From contig CATNEN010000005.1 in NCBI GenBank assembly GCA_950097015.1, positions 1-64,000 on the forward strand: a DNA stretch of 64,000 nt, in the 5' to 3' direction. The notes beneath the pieces were generated by a model that worked only from the letters and a program-made list of their open reading frames with translations, did no database searches and was not told where the DNA came from. The position numbers were made by a program, and so were the translations under genes. Of the stretch, positions 13,456 to 27,520 are shown piece by piece. Every line of letters begins with the position of its first letter. Within the stretch, counting starts at the first letter, position 1. The DNA comes from Macrostomum hystrix (lineage: Eukaryota > Animalia > Platyhelminthes).

Positions 13456-16179
13456 TGTAGCGTAAAAAGGCTGAAAATGCAGCTGCTAAAAAGTGTATAC
13501 TGGACGAAATCAAAATATTTCTGCTCCCCGAAGGGGGGCAAAACTTGCTAGTATCAAAGTCTAAATTTCTATCGTCTGCTAAAGTACGGCCCATTTCAAT
13601 GAGCCATATATTTTAACAACGCAAAGGAAAGGGACCCTCTCTGCACTGCATGTGGAGAGAACTTAGATAAGACAATCTGAGCTGGGCCATGTACATTAAA
13701 CAAAAGGGAGGGGCTGGATAGCCCTCCTTCAAGCCACAGACACTCAGGCTGAGAGAACCCCCCTCGATTTTTATCGATCGGGCGGCACAGCCGTCCATTC
13801 CATCCCCGCAAGCGAAAGCGAAAGCCTTGGCCCCTATGTACATTCAAACCTCAATAGAAAGAAATCTCGTCCCCACAAACAAACACTGACAAATGCATGG
13901 AGGGCTGTAGCCTGTGTACTCTAAGTTAAGCTTCAACTAATGAAATTTCGGTTTCAATTTTCAGGTGATGCAAAAAAAGTTGATCGCAAAAAACAGGATG
14001 AACTTTCATTAATTACTGCTTACTTCATATTCATACTTCATCAGATAATTAAACTTTCCACGACTAAAGCACCATATTCATTTCAATGCTGGGCACACAA
14101 TTTATATGCGAATGCGAAACTTGTGTATCGCATATGCGATTACTTAACCATTTTAGCACAATTTTCACTCAAGGTTGCATTATTTGTGTGCATGAAAAAA
14201 TCACGTTTTATAAATGAAAATCAATACTATACATCTGAAATGTGATGCACAACCTTAAGTGACATGTCATTGTCTTGAAAACAAAATGCAGCTTCGAAAA
14301 TAAACTCGAAAATGCAGCTTCTCTTAAAAGTACTGCATCGTGTACTGACGCTCAATCAATGTTCACAGGCAGGCATGGATGCTGTCCTTTTGAAGAGGGC
14401 TCTAAATGCTATCAACGACACCAAACTTGATTCGAGAAATTGCACTTCTAAAATCTTATGAGTAATCTTATGAGAAATTGGCATAGGCCCCGGGTGTCAA
14501 AATTGCTGCAATGTGCCTTCCATTTCGAAAAATCTAATTTTGCAACACTAATGCAGCTGCTCATCGAATGCAGCACAGTATTGGGTACATTTCGACTCTG
14601 TACATAAAAAATTCGCAAGACCGTTTTTACATAATTTACCTTTAAAGGTTCGAAAAATTGCCTGATTTATTCAATTTCAACGAAAAAACACGTTTTCCAA
14701 CTGCAAATCAATTGATTTAGCATCTTGAATGTGACGCAGACTTTAAGTTGACAGATCATTCTCTTTCAAACATCCACATGCGTCTATTGACACCATTTTT
14801 AGCTCAATGCGACAAAGTGCACTATCGTAGAGGCAGAAATAGCAAACTCTTTCTCTCATACGTACACTGCACCTGTACAGGTACATATTTTAGTACAGAT
14901 GGCCAACTACTGAATGTGTGTACACGAGTCTAGTATCAAATGAAAGAGGGTCTTAAATGCAATTCAGCAACACTAAGCGCAACACCAACGGATGCAGCAA
15001 TCAAAAGTTATGACTGATCCCGTTTTGCATGTTTTAACCCCCCCCCAGGGGTCCAAATTTGGGGGCATCCACCTTCGGGGCAAGTAAATGCTTAGAAAAT
15101 TCAAAATATAAATTTTGTGCGCACATCTGTTGCGCTTATAGAAACTGAAGCCGCATTCAAATCGCACACCAAATACGTTCTGGCCATTCAGTTTTGTACC
15201 TCAAAAAATGACTAAAAAGACCAAAATCACGTTTTTGGGATTTAATTACCCACATCTTCGGTAAACAGCATCCAATCAGTCTGAAACCAACATTGTCGTA
15301 TAGGCGACACCCAAGAAAGTTGGTTGACATGTGTTGAAATGCAATTCAAGTCACATATCTGTGTCATATAGTCGTCCAAAACGCACCCTGTACTAAAAGT
15401 ACTTTAAAAGTGCACATTTTTTTCAATCACAAAAGTACACGGTCAAAAAATTTCTTCACCATCAAGTAGGCCCATGTGTTGGGGTTACGACCCAGCAAGT
15501 CAAAGGTTAAAAACATGCACATTTTTTCAACCTCTAAAACCCGTTTTTTGACCCTTTGACCCAGAAGATGGGTCAGCAAGAATAAATCCATATCAAATCA
15601 TTGTAGGCTTCTATAGCCCGCATCGACTGGATAGAGTCACTTGGCTACACCATAAAATGCTGAGAAAAGCGCCGAGAGACCAATTTTTGTCATGTCCAAA
15701 ATATCTTGTTTTTGGTTGCCATGGCAACGCTTTTCACTTCAGTACATAGACCTAAGTCTTTTACATGTTTTGCAAAAAACCGCATCCAAATCGGTTCAAC
15801 TGGGCAAAAGCGGCAATCGTTAAAAGTTTAAAAACGTGCTTTCCTATCCCGACACGTTGGTTACATCTTATCAAGATGAGATATAGACACTCATCCCAAC
15901 TAGCGAAAATATTGCACCGTGAAATAAGTAGATAAAAAGAGCAGCGCCATAATTGTAAACAGATGAGAATGAACTTTTTCCTAGAATCTTTCTATCAAAT
16001 TGTCTCGATCTGCTTCGTATGAAATGCATTTTTAGACATGTGATTGTGTAACTCAGATTCTAGGGGATATCCTGAGCTTTCTAGAGATATTATTGGGATT
16101 TGAAAACTCTCAGAATTGAACTCTAGCTGGACATTCTTGGGGAATTGGGATAGGCAGTCGATGTAAGATTCGTCGGGGT

Positions 16180-16900
<721 letters not shown>

Positions 16901-17674
16901 AGACGTCATCAGACATCAGACGGCGACACCTTGTCGAAAGGTCGGTTCGGTGGAACGCAGCGGCCGACCACAAGCAGCTGTTCCGCCAGCACAAAAAAGG
17001 GCAGATGTGGAGAGCGGACCGCCTGCTGCCGATCTGGATGGGCATTCGTGCCTTGTCCTGCCACTGAGTGGAGTGCTGCAAAGTTTAAACACTCCGGCGA
17101 CCCAACCAGGATGGTGCTGCCGGACATATTCTGCAGGGCCTTGCTGCGCTTGCACGACGAGTACATCCTGCCGTCGCTTGCTGCTCGCGGCATCCAGAGC
17201 TGCCGACCGGAGTCGCAGACGAGCACGGACGTATTCTAAGATGCCGCCTGGACGTATTCGGCGGCATCTATAGCTAGTCGGCAATGAGCCAGATGGTCAG
17301 TGCGGGCGGTCAGCGAGTCCTCGGCCGGCACTTCGTGGCCACGCACTGGCGTCGCACCGTCTGTGCCATTAGGCTCATGATGGAGCCGTAGCAGCTAAAT
17401 GTGTTCGCTAGAGCACATGGCACATCTGCTGCTGTCATCCTGTACAATTATGGTCACAATGTGCAGATGGCCACGGAAATGGGCGCTGTGATTCTCAGCC
17501 GCTACATTGTCCGTCGGTTTGCGGTGGTATCATCGACTGCTGCTGCCGAAGAGATGCCACCGATAATTAGGCCGCCGAGCCGACCCAGGGGCTCAGCAGC
17601 CTGCTGGCTTGCAGTGCGAGGCTCGTCAAGCTCGACCGCCATCCGAGCGACCCAGCTAGCGGACGCAGTTCTAC

Positions 17675-17900
17675 ATCTGTCTTCCCCTCTCCCATCTGCC
17701 TTCCCCTGTCTCTTCCGTCTACCCCTCTCTTATCTGCCTCCCCTCTCCTATCTGACTTCCCCTTTCTCATCTGTCCTTCCCTCTCCCATCTGCCTCCCCT
17801 CCCCCATCCATGTCTTCCCCTGTCTCTCCCGTCTTCCCCTCTAATATCTGACTTCCCCTTCCCCACAGTCTTTCCCTCTCCCATCTGTCATTTTCTCTCT
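17675..17900 (+). repeat. Degenerate pyrimidine-rich (CT) low-complexity repeat
   Basis: Recurring TCTCCCATCTG / CTTCCCCT motifs. Confidence 0.8.
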
Positions 17901-18630
17901 TTTCTCGGCAGAATCGTGGACCTGAAGTTGGACTTGATGAGGCGGTGGCTAAGGTTCAGGAGAACAGGCATACAGCGGAACCGGCGGGTTGTGCTGGCTG
18001 TACGGGTGGGTTGTCAAGGCTTGTCGACCCGTAGCCCAGTAGGAGGCAATTTTTCTATTTTATCTGACACTTTTTATCTGAGGTAATGGGTCACAGCCAA
18101 TCAGAACAGTCTGCAGAGATTATTCAGGACGGCTCTTTTGATAGTTATAATTACTTGCAATAGATAAGACCTGTTGCACACATTCAAGGAAGAACCTTAA
18201 GTTGTAGCTCATCCTTGAATTCATGAGTTCTTGCTTAAAATATTATTTCTTCAGCTGTCATTTTTGCTTTTCTGACTTCAATACTGCCTCATGATTTCTG
18301 TCCTGAAGCCACGCCTTTTTCTCCCCCGTCTGATCTCTCCCAGGTCTCATTTCTCTTCCCCGTCTGATCTGGCTTCCACGAGCCACGAATTTAGATCGGT
18401 CTCCTTCAGATACTTGACGTGTATGCGGTATTCTGTAATCGGCTATCGGCTCGTGTTATATTTCCCAATTAAAAATTACAGTACAGCTCTGTGCTGCTCT
18501 GATTCGACAGATCAGTTCACCTGATGTCTAGCCAGGTGTGAAAAAATTTATGTTCATTTACATGTAGGTGATCGGATGCTGACCACCAACAGAACAAGCT
18601 TTCTTATTTTTCGATATGCTTATGCTAGTC

Positions 18631-19284
18631 AGCACTGAGGGAGTGACAGTTCTAGCACTGAGGGAGTGACAGTTCTAGCACTGAGGGAGTGACAGTTCTA
18701 GCACTGAGGGACAGTGACAGTTCTAGCACTGAGGGACAGTGACAGTTCTAGCACTGAGGGAGTGACAGTTCTAGCACTGAGGGAGTGACAGTTCTAGCAC
18801 TGAGGGAGTGACAGTTCTAGCACTGAGGGAGTGACAGTTCTAGCACTGAGGGAGTGACAGTTCTAGCACTGAGGGAGTGACAGTTCTAGCACTGAGGGAG
18901 TGACAGTTCTAGCACTGAGGGAGTGACAGTTCTAGCACTGAGGGACAGTGACAGTTCTAGCACTGAGGGAGTGACAGTTCTAGCACTGAGGGAGTGACAG
19001 TTCTAGCACTGAGGGAGTGACAGTTCTAGCACTGAGGGACAGTGACAGTTCTAGCACTGAGGGAGTGACAGTTCCAGCACTGAGGGAGTGACAGTTCTAG
19101 CACTGAGGGAGTGACAGTTCTAGCACTGAGGGACAGTGACAGTTCTAGCACTGAGGGAGTGACAGTTCTAGCACTGAGGGACAGTGACAGTTCTAGCACT
19201 GAGGGAGTGACAGTTCTAGCACTGAGGGAGTGACAGTTCTAGCACTGAGGGAGTGACAGTTCTAGCACTGAGGGAGTGACAGTT
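18631..19284 (+). repeat. 23-bp minisatellite (AGCACTGAGGGAGTGACAGTTCT; 25-bp variant with CA insertion)
   Basis: About 28 near-perfect copies. Confidence 0.95.
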
Positions 19285-20667
19285 GCACTTCTGTAGAAAT
19301 AAATAATTAAAACAGGCGAAAGCAGTATGATAAATTTATGTATCATGATGATTGCCGATTGGTGTTTTATTATTATTAAAAGTGTAATCAATGATATTAT
19401 TTAAAAAGGCACTTTCATAGAGCACTGCTTTTTTCAGCCAAGGGTAAAAATAAAACTGAACAAAAAACCGAAAAAACATAAAACGTGACGTACTACAAAT
19501 TTATTTTACTGGTCAAAAAAAGCTTCCTTGAAAATTGCCGGATAATCGGTTAAAAAATAACAAACGATTTGGTTAAGAACTTAGGACTCAATTTCAAAGT
19601 GCGTTTATTGCAAATTGATATGCACTTGATAGTTGTTGAGAATGTGTCTAGTAAAATATCTATAGATCATCTTTTCAGTAGCATGCAGACGGACTAGACA
19701 ATACAGACAAATACAAGCCACACACACTATTATATGTATTGTTATTTGAATATTGCTAAGTGGATAAAATGAACAGCAACAGTTTGGTTTGAGCAAATTT
19801 AGATTTGTTATCCAGAAGCAACAAATAGCGGTGTTTTGTCTATGCGGTAAGCCGTACAGCTGTTCAGTCCATGGACAGGAGGGACTCTGTATCCACCCGA
19901 TTTTCTACTTGGGCTAATGCTTATGAGGTGAGCAATATAACTCCTTCCCTACAGCCGAATTTCTATCCACAGGGCTAGATAAAAATGGGATTTACAACAA
20001 AGCTGATCCCAAAGAATGGGGAGATTTTGTGAGAAAAATATATCCAAAGTATTTATATAAAGTAGTAGCTATTAAAAAGTACTAAATATTCGCAAAATGC
20101 TATCAATCTAATTGCCAACCAACCCTTAATAGATCAGGAGTTGCAATAAGAATCTAACTGTAACGACTAATTGTAAAACCAAAGAAAAACAAACACACGC
20201 ATTTAAACGTAGGTTAAAAAACTAAGTTAAAAAACAGTAAGAAGATTACACAGGAAATAATAAATGAACTGCAAAAATTTAAGTCTATATGATTTCAGGT
20301 CAAATAAAGCAACTAACTGTTAGTTTCATTGTTTAACTTCGTTGATATTAGAAATCATTTTAGCGTAGATAAAGGGAGCTGGTGGAGGTGGTTTGAAGCG
20401 CTCAATTTAATTACTAGTTTAAGGTGGTAAAATAACAATAAAATGACGATAACGATTTTAATATTTCAAAGCGGTTCTCAAATATTTATTTTTCGAAAAA
20501 ATACTAATTGAAAAGATTTTGTGATGTATAAAATCTTGCATTTTTCTACTAATTGCATACTAAAGTGCGGTTTGTCCAGAGAAATCTTCACCAAGCAAAT
20601 CAATCGAGATCCTTTGGTAGTTGGCCAACTAAAATGTTAGGAGGACACAATATATTAAAATATACTG

Positions 20668-21260
20668 TTAGACAGACAATCGTTCCTGTTGGACAGACAA
20701 TCGTTACAGTTCGACAGACACTCGCGACTGTTAGACAAACGTTACAGTTAGACAGACAATCGTTACTATTAGAAAGACAATCGTTACTGTTAGACAGACA
20801 ATCGTTAAAGTTAAACAGACACTCGTTACTATTTTACAGGCAATCGTTACTGTTGGACAGACAATCGTTACAGTTCGACAGACACTCGCGACTGTTAGAC
20901 AAACGTTACAGTTCGACAGACACTCGCGACTGTTAGACAAACGTTACAGTTCGACAGACACTCGCGACTGTTAGACAAACGTTACAGTTCGACAGACACT
21001 CGCGACTGTTAGACAAACGTTACAGTTCGACAGACACTCGCGACTGTTAGACAAACGTTACAGTTCGACAGACACTCGCGACTGTTAGACAATCGTTACA
21101 GTTCGACAGACACTCGCGACTGTTAGACAAACGTTACAGCTAGACAGACAATCGTTACTGTTAGACAGACAATCGTTAGTGCTAGACAGACACTCGTTAC
21201 TCTTAGACAGACAATCGTGACAGTTTTACAGACAACCGTGACAGTTTTACAGATAATTGT
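20668..21260 (+). repeat. 21-bp-based minisatellite with 38-bp composite unit (GACACTCGCGACTGTTAGACAAACGTTACAGTTCGACA)
   Basis: GACACTCGCG occurs at 20881 and 20919 (period 38); flanked by looser GACAGACAATCGTTAC units. Confidence 0.9.
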
Positions 21261-21592
21261 AACAGTTTAGGGACAAAAAATTGCTAGATAATTCAGACGA
21301 TTCTCAAATAATTCAGACACACATATTCAGAAAATGAAGTGGCATTGTAAGCGATCACATGCGATGCTCAAATAGGAGTAAATAAGGCGGGAAAGTCAAG
21401 AGAAGATTGAGCACGTCTTTAAGGGCGTGGTCGGGTTGCGAGTAACGCGAAGTAGGATGGGATCATCAAAAAGGAACAAAATAACAGGGATCAAGACGGA
21501 GTCAAGAGGCGTAAGTATATGAATATTATTATGCTATGCCTAGCCGTTAGAAATGCTCTATACATAAAAACATATGAATTTACCAATACACT

Positions 21593-22035
21593 GACTCTAA
21601 TTAGTCAGGTTTTAGGACCCATAAAACCTCAGGTGAGAGATATTTAGGAGCCGTAAAACAGCTCACTCACTCTAATTAGTCAGGTGAGAGATATTTAGGA
21701 GCCGTAAAACCGCTCACTCACTCTAATTAGTCAGGTGAGAGATATTTAGGAGCCGTAAAACCGCTCACTCACTCTAGTTAGTCAGGTGAGAGATATTTAG
21801 GAGCCGTAAAACCGCTTACTTACTCTAATTAGTCAGGTGAGAGATATTTAGGACCCTTAAAACCTCTCACTTACTCTAATTAGTCAGGTGAGAGATATTT
21901 AGGACCCTTAAAACCTCTCACTTACTCTAATTAGTCAGGTGAGAGATATTTAGGTGCCGTAAAACCCCTCACTTACTCTAATTAGTCAGGTGAGAGATAT
22001 TTAGGAGCCGTAAAACCGCTCACTTCCTCTAATAA
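21593..22035 (+). repeat. 51-bp minisatellite (ACTCTAATTAGTCAGGTGAGAGATATTTAGGAGCCGTAAAACCGCTCACTC)
   Basis: ACTCTAATTAG occurs at 21669 and 21720; about 8 copies. Confidence 0.9.
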
Positions 22036-22086
22036 GTGATATTTTGAAGAAAAACGGCTTTAGTTTTTAACTAGCAGCACATAATG

Positions 22087-22248
22087 TTAAAAAGCAGGTA
22101 ATGCCAAACAGCTGTTAGTTTCACACTCACCATCAGTGAAGCGCCTAGCAACAAACTTCAGTGTCTCGTCCAGTATAAGCACTGGTACAGAGATTTTAAT
22201 GACAGCAAACCATTCCTCCAGTGTTAGGCTTGTGATTTGAAACACTTT
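22087..22248 (-). CDS. SERCA: SERCA coding exon 10 (KVFQIT...KFVARRFTD; internal donor at 22130, read-through stop at 22087)
   Basis: Acceptor CTGCAG| in phase 0. Translation KISVPVLILDETLKFVARRF matches SERCA M10. G|GTGAGT donor after 22131. Confidence 0.9.
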   Translation of the reverse strand, partial: KVFQITSLTLEEWFAVIKISVPVLILDETLKFVARRFTDGECETNSCLALPAF

Positions 22249-22834
22249 CTGCAGGTGTTGAAAAATCATGTGAAATTTATGTAAGCCAAGTAAGCATTTC
22301 ATGGCACTAATTAATTTTTAAAGATATTTACATAAATATACAGATATACTTTGTATATACTGTTTCAATGCTGCTTGAAATTAATTAGATTTATAATTCC
22401 AGCTTAACTAACTACGATAATGAAGTTGGAATGCTACCTTGACTAGCGAGGTATTTTATGCACATTGTTCATACACATTTTGAACGTGTTAGATAATGGC
22501 CTAGGAAAGCTACGAAGCTATAAAGTGAAAAGAGACGAGAGAGCAAGCAATAAAAATACGGCTTCTAACGGTCAATGTAATGCTGCGAATCAGGCGATTG
22601 TCAGGTAGCTACGGCGTTTGTGTTCAAGAAAGCAGAAAATATTTCCAGATGGTTTATGGGCAATTCTAATCAACTATAAGGCTTTCGATTTTTATGGCTT
22701 GCCCAGTTAGAAAGATTGTTAGACTGGCTGGCGAATAATGAGGAAGAGAGGGTAATGATAAAAACAGAGAGAAGAAGAGAAAGACGAGATTGAGGGAGAC
22801 ATAGACAGAGAAAAAAAGATAAGATATAGGGATA

Positions 22835-23717
22835 TTCAGAGACTGGAGAGATTCAGAGACTGGGGGAGATTCAGAGACTGGGGGATATTCAGAGACTGGG
22901 GAGATTCAGAGACTTGGGGAGATTCAGAGACTGGAGAGATTCAGAGACTGGGGGAGATTCAGAGACTGGGGGATATTCAGAGACTGGAGAGATTCAGAGA
23001 CTGGGGGAGATTCAGAGACTGGGGGAGATTCAGAGACTGGGGGAGATTCAGAGACTGGGGGAGATTCAGAGACTGGGGGAGATTCAGAGACTGGGGGAGA
23101 TTCAGAAACTGAGGGAGATTCAGAGACTGGGGGAGATTCAGAGACTGGGGGAGATTCAGAGACTGGGGGAGATTCAGAGACTGGGGGAGATTCAGAAACT
23201 GAGGGAGATTCAGATACTGGGGGAGATTCAGAGACTGGGGGAGATTCAGAAACTGAGGGAGATTCAGAGAATGGGGGAGATTCAGAGACTTGGGGAGATT
23301 CAGAGAATGGGGGAGATTCAGAGACTGGGGGAGATTCAGAGACTGGGGGAGATTCAGAAACTGAGGGAGATTCAGAGACTGGGGGAGATTCAGAGACTGG
23401 GGGAGATTCAGAGACTGGGGGAGATTCAGAGACTGGGGGAGATTCAGAAACTGAGGGAGATTCAGATACTGGGGGAGATTCAGAGACTGGGGGAGATTCA
23501 GAAACTGAGGGAGATTCAGAGACTGGGGGAGATTCAGAGAATGGGGGAGATTCAGAGACTTGGGGAGATTCAGAGAATGGGGGAGATTCAGAGACTGGGG
23601 GAGATTCAGAGACTGGGGGAGATTCAGAGACTGGGGGAGATTCAGAAACTGAGGGAGATTCAGAGACTGGGGGAGATTCAGAGAATGGGGGAGATTCAGA
23701 GACTGGGGGAGATTCAG
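22835..23717 (+). repeat. 18-bp minisatellite (GAGATTCAGAGACTGGGG) in SERCA intron 9
   Basis: 18-bp period; source of the RLGEIQ and SLNLPQ ORFs. Confidence 0.95.
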
Positions 23718-23727
23718 TAATGCACTA

Positions 23728-23985
<258 letters not shown>

Positions 23986-24039
23986 TCATGCATCAGTGAT
24001 GCATATTTTTATTGTCCTTCTTTAATTAGCAAGGTAGTC

Positions 24040-27000
24040 TGCTTGGGTCATTGTGCTGTCCTTATCGTCTCTCTCTAATTAGTGAAGCGGTCATTGTGGA
24101 GTGCTTATCATCTCTCTCTAATTAGTGAAGCGGTCATTGTGGAGTACTTATCATCTCTCTCTAATTAGTGAAGCGGTCATTGTGGAGTGCTTATCATCTC
24201 TCTCTAATTAGTGAAGCGGTCATTGTGGAGACTTATCATCTCTCCCTAATTAGTGAAGCGGTCATTGTGGAGTACTTATCATCTCTCCCTAATTAGTGAA
24301 GCGGTCATTGTGGAGACTTATCATCTCTCCCTAATTAGTGAAGCGGTCATTGTGGAGACTTATCATCTCTCCCTAATTAGTGAAGCGGTCATTGTGGAGT
24401 ACTTATCATCTCTCTCTAATTAGTGAAGCGGTCATTGTGGAGACTTATCATCTCTCCCTAATTAGTGAAGCGGTCATTGTGGAGACTTATCATCTCTCCC
24501 TAATTAGTGAAGCGGTCATTGTGGAGACTTATCATCTCTCCCTAATTATTGAAGCGGTCATTGTGGAGTACTTATTATCTCTCCCTAATTAGTCAAGCGG
24601 TCATTGTGGAGTGCTTATCATCTCTCTCTAATTAGTGAAGCGGTCATTGTGGAGTACTTATCATCTCTCTCTAATTAGTGAAGCGGTCATTGTGGAGTAC
24701 TTATCATCTCTCTCTAATTAGTGAAGCGGTCATTGTGGAGACTTATCATCTCTCTCTAATTAGTGAAGCGGTCATTGTGGAGTACTTATCATCTCTCTCT
24801 AATTAGTGAAGCGGTCATTGTGGAGTACTTATCATCTCTCTCTAATTAGTGAAGCGGTCATTGTGGAGTGCTTATCATCTCTCCCTAATTAGTGAAGCGG
24901 TCATTGTGGAGTGCTTATCATCTCTCTCTAATTAGTGAAGCGGTAATTGTGGAGTACTTATCATCTCTCTCTAATTAGTGAAGCGGTCATTGTGGAGTGC
25001 TTATCATCTCTCTCTAATTAGTGAAGCGGTCATTGTGGAGTGCTTATCATCTCTCTCTAATTAGTGAAGCGGTCATTGTGGAGTACTTATCGTCTCTCTC
25101 TAATTAGTGAAGCGGTCATTGTGGAGACTTATCATCTCTCCCTAATTAGTGAAGCGGTCATTGTGGAGTACTTATCATCTCTCCCTAATTAGTGAAGCGG
25201 TCATTGTGGAGACTTATCATCTCTCCCTAATTAGTGAAGCGGTCATTGTGGAGACTTATCATCTCTCCCTAATTAGTGAAGCGGTCATTGTGGAGACTTA
25301 TCATCTCTCCCTAATTAGTGAAGCGGTCATTGTGGAGACTTATCATCTCTCCCTAATTAGTGAAGCGGTCATTGTGGAGACTTATCATCTCTCCCTAATT
25401 AGTGAAGCGGTCATTGTGGAGACTTATCATCTCTCTCTAATTAGTGAAGCGGTCATTGTGGAGTACTTATCATCTCTCTCTTATTAGTGAAGCGGTCATT
25501 GTGGAGTGCTTATCATCTCTCCCTAATTAGTGAAGCGGTCATTGTGGAGTACTTATCATCTCTCTCTAATTAGTGAAGCGGTCATTGTGGAGTACTTATC
25601 ATCTCTCTCTAATTAGTGAAGCGGTCATTGTGGAGTGCTTATCATCTCTCCCTAATTAGTGAAGCGGTCATTGTGGAGTACTTATCATCTCTCTCTAATT
25701 AGTGAAGCGGTCATTGTGGAGTACTTATCATCTCTCTCTAATTAGTGAAGCGGTCATTGTGGAGTACTTATCATCTCTCTCTAATTAGTGAAGCGGTCAT
25801 TGTGGAGACATATCATCTCTCTCTAATTAGTGAAGCGGTCATTGTGGAGTGCTTATCATCTCTCCCTAATTAGTGAAGCGGTCATTGTGGAGTACTTATC
25901 ATCTCTCTCTAATTAGTGAAGCGGTCATTGTGGAGACTTATCATCTCTCTCTAATTAGTGAAGCGGTCATTGTGGAGTACTTATCATCTCTCTCTAATTA
26001 GTGAAGCGGTCATTGTGGAGTACTTATCATCTCTCTCTAATTAGTGAAGCGGTCATTGTGGAGTGCTTATCATCTCTCCCTAATTAGTGAAGCGGTCATT
26101 GTGGAGTGCTTATCATCTCTCTCTAATTAGTGAAGCGGTAATTGTGGAGTACTTATCATCTCTCTCTAATTAGTGAAGCGGTCATTGTGGAGTGCTTATC
26201 ATCTCTCTCTAATTAGTGAAGCGGTCATTGTGGAGTGCTTATCATCTCTCTCTAATTAGTGAAGCGGTCATTGTGGAGTACTTATCGTCTCTCTCTAATT
26301 AGTGAAGCGGTCATTGTGGAGACTTATCATCTCTCCCTAATTAGTGAAGCGGTCATTGTGGAGTACTTATCATCTCTCCCTAATTAGTGAAGCGGTCATT
26401 GTGGAGACTTATCATCTCTCCCTAATTAGTGAAGCGGTCATTGTGGAGACTTATCATCTCTCCCTAATTAGTGAAGCGGTCATTGTGGAGTGCTTATCAT
26501 CTCTCTCTAATTAGTGAAGCGGTCATTGTGGAGTGCTTATCATCTCTCTCTAATTAGTGAAGCGGTCATTGTGGAGTACTTATCGTCTCTCTCTAATTAG
26601 TGAAGCGGTCATTGTGGAGACTTATCATCTCTCCCTAATTAGTGAAGCGGTCATTGTGGAGTACTTATCATCTCTCCCTAATTAGTGAAGCGGTCATTGT
26701 GGAGACTTATCATCTCTCCCTAATTAGTGAAGCGGTCATTGTGGAGACTTATCATCTCTCCCTAATTAGTGAAGCGGTCATTGTGGAGACTTATCATCTC
26801 TCCCTAATTAGTGAAGCGGTCATTGTGGAGACTTATCATCTCTCCCTAATTAGTGAAGCGGTCATTGTGGAGACTTATCATCTCTCCCTAATTAGTGAAG
26901 CGGTCATTGTGGAGACTTATCATCTCTCTCTAATTAGTGAAGCGGTCATTGTGGAGTACTTATCATCTCTCTCTTATTAGTGAAGCGGTCATTGTGGAGT

Positions 27001-27520
27001 GCTTATCATCTCTCCCTAATTAGTGAAGCGGTCATTGTGGAGTACTTATCATCTCTCTCTAATTAGTGAAGCGGTCATTGTGGAGTACTTATCATCTCTC
27101 TCTAATTAGTGAAGCGGTCATTGTGGAGTGCTTATCATCTCTCCCTAATTAGTGAAGCGGTCATTGTGGAGTACTTATCATCTCTCTCTAATTAGTGAAG
27201 CGGTCATTGTGGAGTACTTATCATCTCTCTCTAATTAGTGAAGCGGTCATTGTGGAGTACTTATCATCTCTCTCTAATTAGTGAAGCGGTCATTGTGGAG
27301 ACTTATCATCTCTCTCTAATTAGTGAAGCGGTCATTGTGGAGTACTTATCATCTCTCTCTAATTAGTGAAGCGGTCATTGTGGAGTGCTTATCATCTCTC
27401 CCTAATTAGTGAAGCGGTCATTGTGGAGTGCTTATCATCTCTCTCTAATTAGTGAAGCGGTCATTGTGGAGTACTTATCATCTCTCTAATTAGTGAAGCG
27501 GTCATTGTGGAGTACTTATC
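24040..27520 (+). repeat. 42/43-bp minisatellite (AATTAGTGAAGCGGTCATTGTGGAG[T]RCTTATCATCTCTCYCT) in SERCA intron 8
   Basis: About 80 copies; units are 42 bp or 43 bp depending on GAGACTT versus GAGTACTT/GAGTGCTT. Confidence 0.95.

Larger units (their letters stand above)
9295..13551 (+). mobile_element. Non-autonomous Helitron-like unit 3 (4257 bp, diverged 3' half)
   Basis: TC start at 9295. The same hairpin is followed by CTAG at 13548-13551 and then T, as expected for insertion at an A|T site. Confidence 0.8.

Noticed and set aside
13560-14950. Short ORFs (13596-13847, 13940-14245, 14748-14933)
   Set aside because: No recognisable domain motifs or consistent splice signals.
15000-15900. 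Possible non-autonomous DNA element (GTTGCCATGGCAAC palindrome, AACCG-CATCCAAAT-CGGTT hairpin)
   Set aside because: It looks repeat-like, but I could not define termini, a TSD or a second copy in the window.
22835-23717. Similarity between the intron-9 18-mer and the Helitron 18-mer (shared ACTGGGGGA)
   Set aside because: The other nine positions are unrelated; common origin is not supportable.
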